Shown here piece by piece: positions 12,351 to 26,142 of a stretch of DNA of 64,000 nt; positions within the stretch are counted from its first letter, which is position 1; each line of letters begins with the position of its first letter. This DNA is from Mobula hypostoma. Lineage: Eukaryota. Below the pieces are notes generated by a model. It ran no database searches and was not told the origin of the DNA. It worked only from the letters and a program-made list of their open reading frames with translations. Both the position numbers and the translations under genes were made by a program. Where the stretch lies: assembly GCF_963921235.1 (NCBI RefSeq), contig NC_086109.1, forward strand, positions 1,984,001 through 2,048,000, in the 5' to 3' direction.

Positions 12351-14072
12351 TGGAGTCTCTTAAAAGACCCTATCGTTTCCGACTCCACTACCGTCGCCGG
12401 CAGCCCATTCTACACACTCATCACTCTCTGCGTAAAAACGTACCCCTGACACCTCCTCTGTACCGGCCATGGTCCGGATCGGGTTTCCCTTTAAATTTAC
12501 TATGTTTATGTTACGATGCGGACCATTGACTCCCCGTTTCCCGTTGGTTCCCTGTTATCCCGTGTGCCTAGGGCTTGGTGATTAGAGGCAACTTACTCTC
12601 GGTTGAAACGGCAGTTTACAAGTCTCCGGCTTTTAGCCATTCGGCGCGAAAGCGTTAACGAAGTCACCGAAGGTACTGTGAGCCAATGTCATCTGGCCGG
12701 AGCAAGCCTAGTCTCCTCCCGAAGCAAGAGCCAGTAAGCCGCATTCCCTTGTTAGAGCGGGTCAGTCAAAGTTAACTCGCCGGACCGAGTCAAGAGCTCG
12801 TCGCTGCTTGGAGCGTACTCGTGTCCAGTTATAGTACTGTCCATCGTTGTGTGGTCTCTGTATACATGTCCTGCGTCTAAAAAGGGTCCTGGCCCTGTAC
12901 CCTGGAAGGGTCCTGACACTGTATCAAGAAGAGTCTCGACTCCGTCCTGTGTCTGAGGAGGATTCCCAGCTCAATGTTTTATGTCCTGTGTCTGAGTCTG
13001 TCCCGTGAATAAAAAGAGTTCCTGGCCCTGGAGGCTTCAGGTATCAGTTTACCTGGGGGAAGCAACAGTGGCCGTGCCTCCGGCACAGATCTGGCCCTGT
13101 ATATGAGAAGGGTAGGGAAAGGAAGACGAGGAGGGCAGTAGTAATAGGGGACTCGATAGTAAGAGTGTCAGATTGGCGACTCTGTGGACGCAGTAAGGAG
13201 ACCCCGATGGTGGTTTGCCTCCCTGATGCCAGGGTCCGGGATATTTCTGATCGTGTCCAAGATATCCTGAAGTGGGAGGGTGAGGAGCCAGAGGTCGTAG
13301 TACATATAAGTACCAATGACATAGGTAGGAAAAGGGAAGAGGTCCTGAAAGGAGAATATAGGGAGTTAGGGGGTTGAGAAAAAGGACCGCAAAGGTAGTA
13401 ATCTCCGGATTACTGCCTCTGCCACGCGACAGTGAGAGTAGGAATGGAATAAAGTGGAGGATAAATGCGTGGATGAGGGATTGGAGCAGGGTGCAGGGAT
13501 TCAAGTTTTTGGATCATTGGGACCTCTTTTGGCGCAGGCGTGACCTGTACAAAAAGGACGGGTTACACTTGAATCCTACGGGGACCAATATCCTGGCGGG
13601 GAGATTTGCGAAGGCTACTGGGGAGACTTTAAACTAGAATGGTTGGAGGTGGGAATCAAATTAAAGGGACCAGGAGAGAGGAGGTTAGTTCACAAATAGA
13701 GAAAGCTATTAGGAGGCGAGCCAGGGGACAGAAGGGGAGCACTCAGACCGAAGCTGTGGGGGAGAAGGAAGAAAAAGATAAAGAAGTTGTTTGCACCATT
13801 AGGGATAAACAGAGAGTAAGAGGTGGAGAGTTTTTTTAAATGCATCTATTTTAATGCTAGGGGCATTGTAAGAAAGGTGGATGAGCTTAGAGCATGGATT
13901 GACACCAGGAAATATGATGTTGTAGCTATTAGTGAAACATGGTTGCAGGAGGGGTGTGACTGGCAACTAAATATTCCTGGATTTCGTTGTTTCAGGTGTG
14001 ATAGAATCGGAGGAGCAAGAGGGGGAGTGTTGCATTACTTGTCAGAAAATATTACAGCGGTGCTTTGGTAGG

Positions 14073-15133
14073 TGTCATAATGGTGGGGCATTGGGAGCAA
14101 GGGTGGACCCAAATGCCAGACACATCTTGTGAGGTTAATTAAATTGAGTTTATTGTTTGATACCAGGAGAGCAAAGCAGGAGCAGGAGTAGCAAACTGGA
14201 CAAGGACTCAGGACTACGACTAGGCTGGGACAAGGGTCTGGGCTTGGATTCGGAATCGACTCCCAGAACTAGGAGACATGAAGAGGCTAGGGTATGGACT
14301 CTGAGCCCGAGACTGGGCAAGGACCCAGTACCTGGGTCTTGCCTCGGATCCCAGAACCAGGCATGGACATGACATGGGCTAGGGAGAGGAGGAACATGGG
14401 AACACAGAGCCTCGGTCTTGGAGAGCAGGTACATGGAACCATAGACACATACACAGAACACAGAGTCGGGACCCCTCCTTGGGTACACGACATAGGGCAG
14501 GGACTCATGACGCCCCCCCCCCCCCCAGGGCAACGGCAAGACGGCTTGACTTACCCCACAGAGGTGAGGACAAGACGAGACAAGACATGACTCTCCGCGG
14601 GGCAACAGAAAGATGGCCAGACTTACCCCACGGAGGCAAGGACAGGACAAGACCAACACGAAAGCACACCAGACAATACCTATCTAGCTCCAGTGATGGA
14701 ACTAGACCGAAGGGCAGGCGAGGGCTAGAGGCGAGAGGGGCAGAGAAGGGATTCAGACAAGGGGGTAGGACAGGAATCACAGACCACCAGGGCCAGGACT
14801 TGACTTGAAGCCTCCGGGTAGTGGTGAGCTCTCGACTCGGCCTGGGAACAGTAGACAGCGGTTCTTGATCCCCTCTGGCGGATTAACTGACGGACCCACC
14901 TCGGTAAGGAAACTTTGCAGGCTCGCTTTAGCGGGGTAACCTGACAGGGTTGCTCTGGTAAGGAAAGGCAAATTACCGGCACTCGCTTCGGGCGGTGACG
15001 AGGCTTGCTCTGGCCAGATGACATTGGCACACCGTACCTTGGTGACTTTGCAGACGCTCCCGGGCCGAACGGCTGAAAGCCGGAGACTATAAACTACCAG
15101 TTCAGCCGAGCGTTAATTGCCTCTAATCACCAA
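14073..15133 (-). mobile_element. Truncated solo LTR inside the CR1 endonuclease region
   Basis: Starts TGTC; reverse complement of the 12465/21026 LTR family; minus-strand AATAAA near 14150. Confidence 0.75.
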
Positions 15134-16481
15134 AGTCGAAGGGAGGCTACTTGGGTGGAATTGAGGAATGGGAAAGGTGTAGTAACGCTTATAGGGGTGT
15201 ATTATAGACCACCTTATGAGGATCGAGAATTGGAGGAGGAAAATTGTAAAGAAATAGCAGATATTTGCAGTAAGCACAAGGTTGTGATTGTGGGAGATTT
15301 CAATTTTCCACACAGACTGGGAAACCCATTCTGTAAAAGGCTGGATGGTTGGGAGTTTGTAAAATGTGTGCAAGGTTGTATTGCTGCAAAAAATTAAAAG
15401 TACCAACTAAAGAAGGGGCAGTTGTTGGATCTCCTGTTAGGGAATGAGATGGGTCAGGTGACAGAGGTATGTGTTGGAGATCACTTCGGGTCCAGTGATC
15501 ACAATGCCATTAGTTTCAATATAATTATGGAGAAGGATAGGACTGGACCCAGGGTTGAGATTTTTGATTGGAGAAAGGCTAAATTTGAGGAGATGCGAAA
15601 GGATTTAGAAGGAGTAGATTGTTTTATGGGAAGGATGTAATAGAGAAATGCAGGTCATTTAAAGGTGAAATTTTGAGGGTACAGGATCTTTATGTTCCTG
15701 TTAGGTTGAAAGAAAAGGTGAAAAGTTTGAGAGAGCCATGGTTTTCAAGGGATATTGGAAACTTGGTTCGGAAAAAGAGAGATTTACAATAAATATAGGC
15801 AGCTTGGAGTAAATGAGGTGCTCAAGGAATATAAAAAATGTAAAACGAATCTTAAGGAATTAGAAAAGCTAAAAGAAGATGAGGTTGCTTTGGCTAGTAA
15901 GGTGAAAATAAATCCCAAGGGTTTCTACAGTTATGTTAATAGCAAAAGGATCATGAGGGATAAAATTGGTCCCTTAGAGAATCAGAGTGGATGGCTATGT
16001 GTGGAGCCAAAAGAGATGGGGGACATTTTGAACAATTTCTTCTTCGGTATTCACTAAGGAGAAGGATATTGAATTCTGTAAGGTAAGGGAAACAAGTACG
16101 GTAGTTATGGAAACTATAATGATTAAAGAAAAGGAAGTACTGGAGCTTTTAAGGAATATAAAAGTGGATAAGTCTCCGGACCCTGACAGGATATTCCCTA
16201 GGACCTTGAGGGAAGTTAGTGTAGAAATAGCAGGGGCTCTGACAGAAATATTTCAAATGTCATTAGAAACAGGGATGGTGTCGGTGGATTGGCGTATTGC
16301 TCATTTTGTTCCATTGTTTAAAAAGGGTTCTAAGAGTAAACCTAGCAATTATCAGCCTGTGAGTTTGACACCAGTGGTGGGTAAATTGATGGAAAGTATT
16401 CTTAGAGATGGTATATATAATTATCTGGATAGACAGGGTCTGATTAGGAACAGTCAACATGGATTTGTGCATGGAACGTCA

Positions 16482-19400
16482 CAGAAAGAAACCATAGAAA
16501 CTACAGCACAGAAACAGGCCTTTTGGCCCTTCTTGGCTGTGCCGAACAATTCTCTGCCTAGTCCCACTGACCTGCACATGGACCATATCCCTCCATAAAC
16601 CACCCATCCATGTATCTGTCCAATTTATTCTTAAATGTTAAAAAAAGAACCCGCATTTACCACCTCGTCTGGCAGCTCATTCCATACTCCCACCACTCTC
16701 TGTGTGAAGAAGCCCCCCCCCAATGTTCCCTTTAAACTTTTCCCCCCTCACCCTTAACCCATGTCCTCTGGTTTTTTCTCCCCTTGCCTCAGTGGAAAAA
16801 GCCTGCTGCATTCATTCTATCTATACCCATCATAATTTTATACCTCTATCAAATCTCCCCTCATTCTTCTACGCTCCAGGGAATAAAGTCCTAACCTATT
16901 CAACCTTTCTCTGTAACTGAGTTTTTCAAGTCCCAGCAACATCCTTGTAAACCTTCTCTGCACTCTTTCAAACTTATTAATATCCTTCCTGTAATTTGGT
17001 GACCAAAACTGAACACAATACCCCAGATTCGGCCTCACCAATGCCTTATACAACCTCATCATAACATTCCAGCTCTTATACTCAATACTTTGATTAATTA
17101 AGGCCAACGTACCAAAAGCTCTCTTTACGACCCCATCTACCTTTGACACCACTTTTAGGGAATTTTGTATCTGTATTCCCAGATCCCTCTGTTCCACTGC
17201 ACTCCTCAGTGCCTTACCATTAACCCGGTATGGTCTACCTTGGTTTGTCCTTCCAACGTGCAATACCTCACACTTGTCTGTATTGAACTCCATCTGCCAT
17301 TTTTCAGCCCATTTTTCCAGCTGGTCCAAATCCCTCTGAAAGCTTTGAAAACCTTCCTCACTGTCCACTACACCTCCAATCTTTCTATCAGCAGCAAATT
17401 TGCTGATCCAATTTACCACATTATCATCCAGATCATTGATATAGATGACAAATAACAATAGACCCAGCACTGATCCCTGTGGCACACCACTAGTTACAGG
17501 CATCCACTCTGAGAAGCAATGCTCTACTACCACTCTTTGGCTTCTTCCATCGAGCCAATGTCTAATCCAATTTACCACCTCTCCATGTATACCTAGTGAC
17601 TGAATTTGCCTAACTAACCTCCCATGCGGGACCTTGTCAAAGGCCTTACTGAAGTCCATGTAGACAATATCCACTGCCTTCCCTTCATCCACTTTCCTGG
17701 TAACCTCCTCAAAAAACTCCAATAGATTGGTCAAACATGACCTACCACGCACAAAGCCATGTTGACTCTCCCTAATAAGTCCTTGTCTATCCAAATGCTT
17801 GTAGATCCTATCTCTTAGTACTCCCTCCAATAACTTACCTACTACCGACGTTAAATTTACTGGCCTATAATTTCCCGGATTACTTTTCATTCCTTTTTTA
17901 AACAACAGAACAACATGAGCCACTCTCCAATCCTCCAGCACCTCACCCATAGACACCGACATTTTAAATATTTCTGCCAGGGCCCCTGCAATTTCAACAC
18001 TTGTCTCCTTCAAGGTCCGAGGGAACACCCTGTCAGGTCCTGGGGATTTATCCATTTTAATTTGCCTCAAGATAGCAACCACCTCCTCCTTTTCAATCTG
18101 TACAGTTTCCATGATCTCACTACTTGTTTCCCTGAATTCCATAGACTTTATGCCAGTTTCCTTAGTAAATACAGACGCAAAAAAAAAAACATTTAAGATC
18201 TCCCCTATTTCTTTTGGGTCCGCACATAGCCGACCACTCTGATCTTCAAGAGGACTGATTTTATCCCTTACAATCCTTTTACTCTTAATATACCTGTAAA
18301 AACTCTTTGGATTATCCTTCACTTTGACTGCCAAGGCAACCTCATGTCTTCTTTTAGCCCTCCTGATTTCCTTTTTAAGTATTTTCTTAACTTTTTATAC
18401 TCAAGCACCTTATTTACTCCCTTTAACCAATTCCCCCCGGGATTAATAAAGTATGACTATGACTATGTTTCCTATACATGTCATATAACTCTCTATCAGA
18501 GTTGCAATATCCCTTGAAAACCTAGGTTCCTTATTCCTATTCACTTTGCCTTTAATCCTGACAGGAACATACAAGATCTGCACTCTCAAAATTTCTCCTT
18601 TGAAGGCTTCCCACTTACCGATCACATCCTTGCCAGAGAACAACCTGTCCCAATCCACGCTTTTTGGATCCTTTCTCATTTCTTCAAATTTGGCCTTCTT
18701 CCAGTTTAGAATCTCAACCCTAGGACCAGATCTATCCTTGTCCATGATCAAGTTGAAACCAATGGTGTTATGATCACTGGAACCAAAGTGCTCCCCTACA
18801 CAGACTTCCGTCACTTGCCCTAATTCGTTTCCTAACGGGAGATCCAATATTGCATCCCCTCTAGTTAGCCCCTGTATATTGATTTAGAAAACTTTCCTGA
18901 ACACATTTTACAAACTCTAACCCATCTAGACCCCTAACAGTATGGGAGTCCCAATCAATGTATGGAAAATTAAAATCCCCTACCACCACAACTTTATGTT
19001 TCCTGCAGTTGTCTGCTATCTCTCTGCAGATTTGCTCCTCCAATTCTCGCTGACTATGGGTCGCCTATAACACAGCCCCACTAATGTGGCCATACCTTTC
19101 CTGTTTCTCAGCTCCACCCATAAGGACACAGTAGACAAGCCCTCTAATCTGTCCTGCCTGAGCACTGCTGTAACATTTTCCCTGACTGGCAATGCTTACT
19201 GCGCCCCCCCCCCCCCCCACCACCAACCTTTCATTCCTTTGCCTCGATCACATCTGAAACATCGGAACCCTGGAGTATTAAGCTGCCAGTCCTGCCCCTC
19301 CTGTAGCCAAGATTCACTAATTGCTACCACCACTACTAATTTTTACCACCACTCACAATCTTTCTTGCTTGAACTTTTGACATTTATTTTCACCCCAGCC

Positions 19401-19750
19401 CCACTGTCAGCTCTGGCACTCTGGTTCCCAGCCCCCTGCAAATCTAGTTTAAAGCCTCCCCAATAGCACTTACAAACCTCCCTGAAAGGATATTGGTCCC
19501 CTTGTAGTTCAAGTGTAATCCGTCTCTCTTGTACAGGTCCCACCTGCCCCAGGAGAGGTCCCAATGATCCTGAAATCTGAAACCCTGCCCCCTACACCAG
19601 TTCCTCAGCCACTTGTTCATCCTCCAGAGCATCCTATTCTTACCCTCACTGGCACGTAGCACAGGTAGCAATCCTGAGATTACCACCCTCGAGGTCCTTC
19701 TTTTCAACTTCCTACCAAGCTCTCTATACTCACTCTTACTCTATACTGAC
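16482..19750 (-). mobile_element. CR1 LINE, 5-prime truncated in ORF1, with a 498-aa RT ORF
   Basis: ORF 16838-18334 with KSPGPD, QHGF, YMDFSKAFDKV, PQGSVLG, FAAD; APE at 18443-19043; esterase at 19444-19707. Confidence 0.92.
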
Positions 19751-22489
19751 TCATATTTGACAAATCTTATTGAATTTTTTGGAGAGGTTACTAGGAAAGT
19801 TGACTAGGGTAAAGTGGTAGATGTTGTCTATATGGACTTCAGTAAGGCTTTTGACAAGGTTCCACATGGAATGTTAGTTAGGAAGGTTCATTTGTTTGGT
19901 ATTAATATTGAGGTAGTAAAATGGATTCAGCAGTGGTTGGATGGGAGACGCCAGAGAGTAGTGGTGGATAACTGTGTGTCAGATTGGAGGACGGTGCCTA
20001 GTGGTGTGCCTCAGGGATCTGTACTGGGTCCAATGTTGTTTGTCATATATATTAATGGTCTGGATGATGGGGTGGTAAATTGGATGAGTAAGTATGCAGG
20101 TGATACTAAGATAGGTGGAGTTGTGGATAATGAAGTAGGTTTTCAAAGCTTGCAGAGAGATTTAGACCAGTTAGAAGAGTGGGCTGAAAGATGGCAGATG
20201 CAGTTTAATGCTGATAAATGTGAGGTGCTACATTTTGGTAGGACTAATCAAAATAGGACATACATGGTTAAATGGTAAGGCATTGAAAAATGCTGTAGAA
20301 CAGAGGGATCTAGGAATAATGGTGCATAGTTCCCTGAAGGTGGAATCTCATGTGGATGGGGTGGTGAAGAAAGCTTTTACTATGCTGGCCTTTATAAATC
20401 AGAGCATTCTGTATAGGAGTTGCGATGTAATGTTGAAATTATACAAGACATTGGTAAGGCCAAATTTGGAGTATTGTGTGCTATTCTGGTTGCCGAATTA
20501 TAGGAAAGGTCAACAAAATTGAGAGAGTACAGAGAAGATTTACTAGAATGTTGCCTGGGTTTCATCTCCTAAAGTTACAGATAAAGATTGAACAAGTTGG
20601 ATCTTTATTCTTTGGAGTGTAGAAGGTTGTTGGGGGGTGGGGGGGGGAAGAACGACTTGATAGAGGTATTTAAAATTGAGGGGGATTGATAGAGTTGACG
20701 TGGTTAGACATTTTCCATTGAGAGTGGGGAAGATTCAAACAAGAGGGCATAGGTTGAGAATTAGAGGACAAAAGTTTAGGGGTAACATGAGGGGGAACTT
20801 CTTTACTCAGAGAGTGGTAGCTGTGTGGAACGAGCTTCCAGCAGAAGTGGTTGAGGCAGGTTCAATGTTGTCATTTAAAGTTAAATTGGATAGATATATG
20901 GACAGGAAAGGAATGGAGGGTTATGGGCTGAATGCAGGTCGGTGGGACTAGGTGAGAGTAAGAGTTCAGCACGGACTAGAAGGACCATGATGGCCTGTTT
21001 TCGTGCTGTAATTGTTATATAGTTATATCAAGTCCTGGCCCCGGAGGTCCGTGTTCCAGTCTTGTCTAGTGCCTGTGTCCTTGTCCATTACGCTATTCCT
21101 GCTTCTGCTTTGCTCTCCTTGTAATGAGCAATAAACTCAATTTCAGTTAACCTCACAAGATGTGTTTGTCTTGCATTTGAGTTCACTCCCAGCACCCCTT
21201 GTGACAGTACCTACTTTCAAGCAGCTTAAAACGATGCCCTCTCATGCTAGACATTTCAGCCCTGTGTCAAAAGCCTCTGACTATCCGCACGATCAATGCC
21301 TCTGATTATCTTATACACCTCTATCAGGTCACCTATCATCCTCTGTCACTCCAAGGAGAAAAGGCCGAGTTCACTCAACCTATTCCTATAAGTCATGCTC
21401 CCCAATCCAGGCAACATCCTTGTAAATCTCTTCTGCACCCTTTGTATGGCTTCCACATCTTTCCTGAAGTGAGCCGACCAGAATTGAGCACAGTACTCCA
21501 AGTGGGGTCTAACCTAGGTTCCATATAGCTGCAACATTATATCTCGGCCCTTAAACTCAGTCCCACGATTGATGAAGACCAATGCACCGGTTGAACTCCA
21601 TCTGCCATTTCTCAGGCCAGTTTTGCATCCTACCAATGTCCCACTGTAACCCCTGACAGTCCTCCACACGATGAGCAACACCTCTAACCTTTATGTCATC
21701 AGCAAATTTACTAACCCATTCCTCCACTTCTTCATCCAGGTAGTTTATAAAAATCACAAACAGTAGGGGTCCCAGAACAGATCCCTGAGGCACACCAGTG
21801 GTCACTGACCTCCATGCAGAAGATGACCCATCTACAACCACTCTTTCCCTTCTATGGGCAAGCCAGTTCTGGATCCACAAAGCAATGTCCCCTTGGATCC
21901 CATGCCTCCTTACTTTCTCAATAAGCCTTGCTTGGGGTACATTATCAAATGCCTTGCTGAAATCCATATACACTACATCTACCTTCACCAATGTGTTTAG
22001 TTACATCCTCAGAAAATTCAATCAGGCTTGTAAGGCATGACCTGCCCTTGACAAAGCCATGCTGACTATTCCTAATCATATTATGCCTCTCCAAATGTTC
22101 ATAAATCCTGCCTCTCAGGATCTTCTCCATCAAATTACCAACAACTGAAGTAAGACTCACTGGCCTATAACCTGAATAAAGCATTTAAATTTCACAGGAA
22201 AAATGAAGAAATCCAGATAAAATATACTATCAACATTGAGTCTAATGAAATGCGACAGCTACATCATATGAAAATGACAAGCGGTAAAAGTCGGAGATTG
22301 CCTGATGGAAAGAGGAAATCTGGATGGACATTTGCAGTCAGCGGTCTTATTGCAGTTGAAGAAACAAATACGTGTTGAGTTGGAAAATTGAATATGTAAA
22401 TTAATAGAGCAAATTTAAAAGTTCACTGAACAAGTTGTCAAAGAAAACAGTGATAAAATACAAAAGCAATATGATGGAGGCAGTAAGAT

Positions 22490-25400
22490 TGTTGCACGGG
22501 CGTGGTGGTGGATGAACCCAATCGCAGAACACGGGCGCTGAGGCAGAGTCGGGGGGGGGGGGTCCTTGTTGTGGTCACAGGGTCTTCATCCTGCATTTTC
22601 TGATGGAAAGCAGGTGTGTGTAGTTAGTGGAACCTGGGAATGATCGGAAATTAAGCGAGGGGATTGAGGCACAATTCCTGAGGTAAATAGCAAGGTGGGG
22701 GATTGCCAGAAGGGGCTATGTCCGTACTCCCCACAACGGGAGTCTCCAGGCGATCCTCCAGGCCTGTCTGGATGGTCCCGATGAGAGTCCTGGATGAGGG
22801 AAGGGTCTAGGATGAAGGAGTGGGGAACCCAGGAACACTCGTCTGGACCATACCCTTCCCAGTCCACCAGATATTGGAGACCCCTGCCCCGACAGTGCAC
22901 ATCGTGTAGTCGTCGGACCGTGTATGCCGGATGGTTGTCGATGATACGGGCAGGTGGGGGAGTCTCAGCCCGGGGACACAAAGGGCTGACGGAAACTGGC
23001 TTTAACTGGGAAACATGAAAAGTTGGGGGGATGTGCATGGATCTAGCAGCTTTAGGTGGACCGCTGCGGGATTGATAACCCTTTCGACCTTGAATGGTCC
23101 CAGGAAGCAAGGGGCGAGTTTCCTATGCTCGTTCTTGAGCGGGATGTCCTTGGATGGAACCCCCACCATCTGCCCCGGTTGGTACTCAGGCGCCGGAGTG
23201 CGGCGTCGGTCAGTCGTCTTTTTATTGCGATTTGCTGATCTGAGTGGGGCCATGCGAGTCTCCTCCCAAAGTTTAAGGCATCGATCGATATGGTCCTGAC
23301 TGACGGTACCGCAATCTCCTCCTCTTCCCTGGGGAACAGTGGGGTTTGGTACCCAAGGGAGCACTCGAACGGAGACCTCCCAATGGCAGAGCTCACCAGA
23401 GAGTTGTGGGCGTACTCAGCCCACGGGAGGTGGTCGCTCCAGGTCGACGGGTTGTTTGCCGTTGCACAACGTAGCGTCACCTCCAGGTCTTGGTTGACCC
23501 GTTCCGTCTGCCCGTTCGTCTGGGGGTGGAAGCCAGATGACAGGCTGACCGAAGCACCTAAGGCTTGACAGAAGGCCTTCCATACCTGCAAGCTGAACTG
23601 GGGACCTCAATTGGAGACGATGTCCGCGGGGATTCTGTGGAGGCGGAAGATGTGGCGGACGAGAAGATCTGCGGTTTCCTGAGAGGAAGGGAGTTTAGGG
23701 AGGGCCACAAAGTGCACCGCCTTGGAGAATTGGTCTACCACGGTGAATACGGTGATGTTTCCATGTGAAGGGGGTAGGCCGGTGATGAAGTCTAGGGCGA
23801 TGTGCAACCAGGGACGACTAGGGCCAGGTAGAGGACGAAGTGACCCCGCAGGTGGCCGATGAGAGGCTTTTCCCCGGGCACAGACTTCATATGCCGAGAC
23901 ATAGGAACGGGTATCCGCCTCCGTGGAAGGCCACCAAAAATGTTTTTTTCCAGGAGCGCTATGGTCCGATCACTCCCCGGGTGGCAGGCGAACCGGGATG
24001 TGTGCCCCCATTGGAGAACCTGAGACCTGATGTAAACAGCCACATACAGGCAATCGCCGGGTTCATTGCCGGGGTCGGGGTCATCCCGTTGGGCTTCCTT
24101 TACTTTAGCCTCGATCTCCCAGGTGAGGGTGTCAACCACGCAGGATGGTGGGAGGATAGTCCCTGGGCTGGAACTGTCCCCCTTGGAGTCGTATTGGTGG
24201 GAGAGCGCGTCCGCCTTCCCGTTCTTGGACCCTGGATGGTATGTGAGGGAAAACCTGAACCGTCCAAAAAATAATGCCCAACGGGCCTGGCGGGCGTTCA
24301 AACGTTTGGCGGTCTGAATATACCCCAGGTTTTTATGATCAGTCCACACCACAAACGGTTGTTCTGCCCCCTCCAGCCAGTACCTCCATTCTTCCAATGG
24401 AAGTTTGACGGCCAGGTAGTCCCGATTCCCCACGTCGCATTTCCGCTCGGTGCGGGGACAGTTGGCGAGAATAGAAGGCACAGGGGTGAAGCTTTTTGTC
24501 TGAACTTGATCGTTAGGACAGGACTGCTCCTTCCCTGGCGTCAGAGGCGTCCAGCTCAACAATAAATTGACGGGCTAGGTCCAGATGGACCAGGATGGGA
24601 GCGGTGGTGAAATGCCTCTTCAGGACGGTGAACACCGAGTCAGCTTCGGAAATGTCCTGGCTGGCCACAACAATCCCCAGCTCTCCACCTCCGAAATCGT
24701 TTGACCTGGGAGAGCCGGTTCCGTCCCAGCTGCATCGGTTCCTCCCCCAGGGTGGTGGGGACAGTCGGAGCAGGAGCCACACTTGGAGCGGCTGGGGAAG
24801 GGAGGTTGGCTGAGGCTGATAAAGTGGACTGTGGGCTTCCCCGAGGAGCGGGGCGACTGGTTCTTTCTCTCAGCCACTCTTGAAGTCGATTATCTAATCT
24901 AGTGGCCATCGAGATCAGAGTCCAGACAGTCCGGGTCATCCCTCGCTGCCAGTTCATCCTTTATCTTGTCCGAGAGGTCCTTTTGAAACACCTCCCGTAG
25001 GGCCTCGTCATTCCACCCGGAGTCTGGAGGTTCAGAACTCGATGGAATACCTTGCTACGCTTCGCGAACCCTGACAAAGAGTCAGCAAACTTTTAGCGGC
25101 GTCATTACCACAAATGGGTTGTTCGAAGACCTTCCTCATTTCAGCAACAGAGGAGGGGAAGGAGGAACAAACCTCTGGTTGATGATCCCATATCGCGGTT
25201 GCCCAAGCCAAGGCATCCCCTCGTAACAGCCGCATGATGTACGCAATCTTGGATTTATCTGAAGTGTAGGTTCGTGGCTGTAGCTCAAAGACCAGAAAGC
25301 ATTGTAACAGGAAAGCCCGGCACCTCCCTGGGTCCCCAGTGTAGGGTTTGGGGTCGGGTACATACAGCTCTCGAGGGGACTGTGTTGCTGATCCCGGGGC

Positions 25401-25990
25401 GACGCCATCCCGAGCGGTTCGGTTTGGGTAGTCGGGGTTCTTGGAGGGGACGGAGAAAGGGAAGCGGAAACTCGGTCCACCTGCTCACTGACCTTCCGTA
25501 CATTCGTGGAAAGCGTCCAAAGGTTTTCCGTGACATCCCCAAGTAGTTGGTCGTGGGTGCCCAGTAGGTCGCCCTGGCTGGCGAGGGCCTGTTGTACGAG
25601 ATCAGTGTTCGCTGGGTTCATTATGGCCAGTTCGTTCTGTTGCACGGGCGTGGCCGTGGACAAACCCAAGTGCAGAACATGGGCACAGAGGCAGAGCCGG
25701 GAGGCGTCATTCCCGTAGCGAGCGTGGAATCGGTATCCAGCAGCGTCTTTACCCAGAGTCTTGGGTTTGGAGAGAATCCAAGAGCGATGCTGGAATTCGA
25801 ACTGACAGGTTACTCATACCGGAGTCGAACAATGAACTGGCAGCTCCTTGTTGTGATCACAGGGTCTTTATCCTGCATTTTCTGATGGAAAGCAGGTGTG
25901 TGTAGTTAGCAGAACCTGGGAATGATTGGAAATTAAACGAGGGGATTAGGTAAATAGCATGGTGGGGGATTGCCAGAAGGGACCATGACA
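22490..25990 (-). mobile_element. Tf1/sushi-type chromovirus LTR retrotransposon lacking PR and RT
   Basis: LTRs at 25638-25990 and 22490-22723; gag [20 protein letters not shown] knuckle, RNase H DASD/WTDHKNL, integrase [17 protein letters not shown], chromodomain [11 protein letters not shown]. Confidence 0.92.
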
Positions 25991-26124
25991 AAAAAGTCTA
26001 AAGACCAAGTCTTTGGATTAACTGAAGTGAACAGAGTGAAAAAGAAAATGTGTATTAAGTTTAATTGAATTAAAGTACATTTAATGTTGATTCAAGACAT
26101 GTGAAGCATTAGCAGAAAACTGAA

Positions 26125-26142
26125 CAGCGCCCTCTAGTGGCG
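26125..26142 (-). promoter_or_regulatory. CTCF consensus site
   Basis: Minus strand CGCCACTAGAGGGCGCTG matches the CCASYAGRKGGCRS consensus. Confidence 0.55.

Larger units (their letters stand above)
13047..21025 (+). mobile_element. Near full-length CR1 LINE (ORF1 esterase, APE, RT) carrying two nested insertions
   Basis: VIGDSIV/GLHLN esterase, YFNAR...ETW endonuclease, QHGFVHG interrupted and resumed at LTNLIEFF (19750), 3-prime tail near 21020. Confidence 0.85.
12465..21206 (+). mobile_element. Solo LTR (sushi-like) split into 12465-13046 and 21026-21206
   Basis: 5-bp TSD GTACC at 12460-12464 and 21207-21211; ends in GTGACA; both halves match the LTR at 14073-15133. Confidence 0.7.
12351..22170 (-). 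mobile_element. CR1 fragment split into 12351-12464 and 21207-22170 by a nested insertion
   Basis: The CR1 tail sequence cctctgtacc|tacttt resumes after the insert; RT motifs YMDFSKAFD and KFADD at 21557-21991. Confidence 0.75.

Noticed and set aside
14150-14808. Several 70-170 aa overlapping ORFs
   Set aside because: All lie inside a repetitive solo LTR.
22190-22485. Possible L1 ORF1 N-terminus (MTSGKSRR..., coiled-coil-like)
   Set aside because: Short, interrupted by stops, no diagnostic motif.
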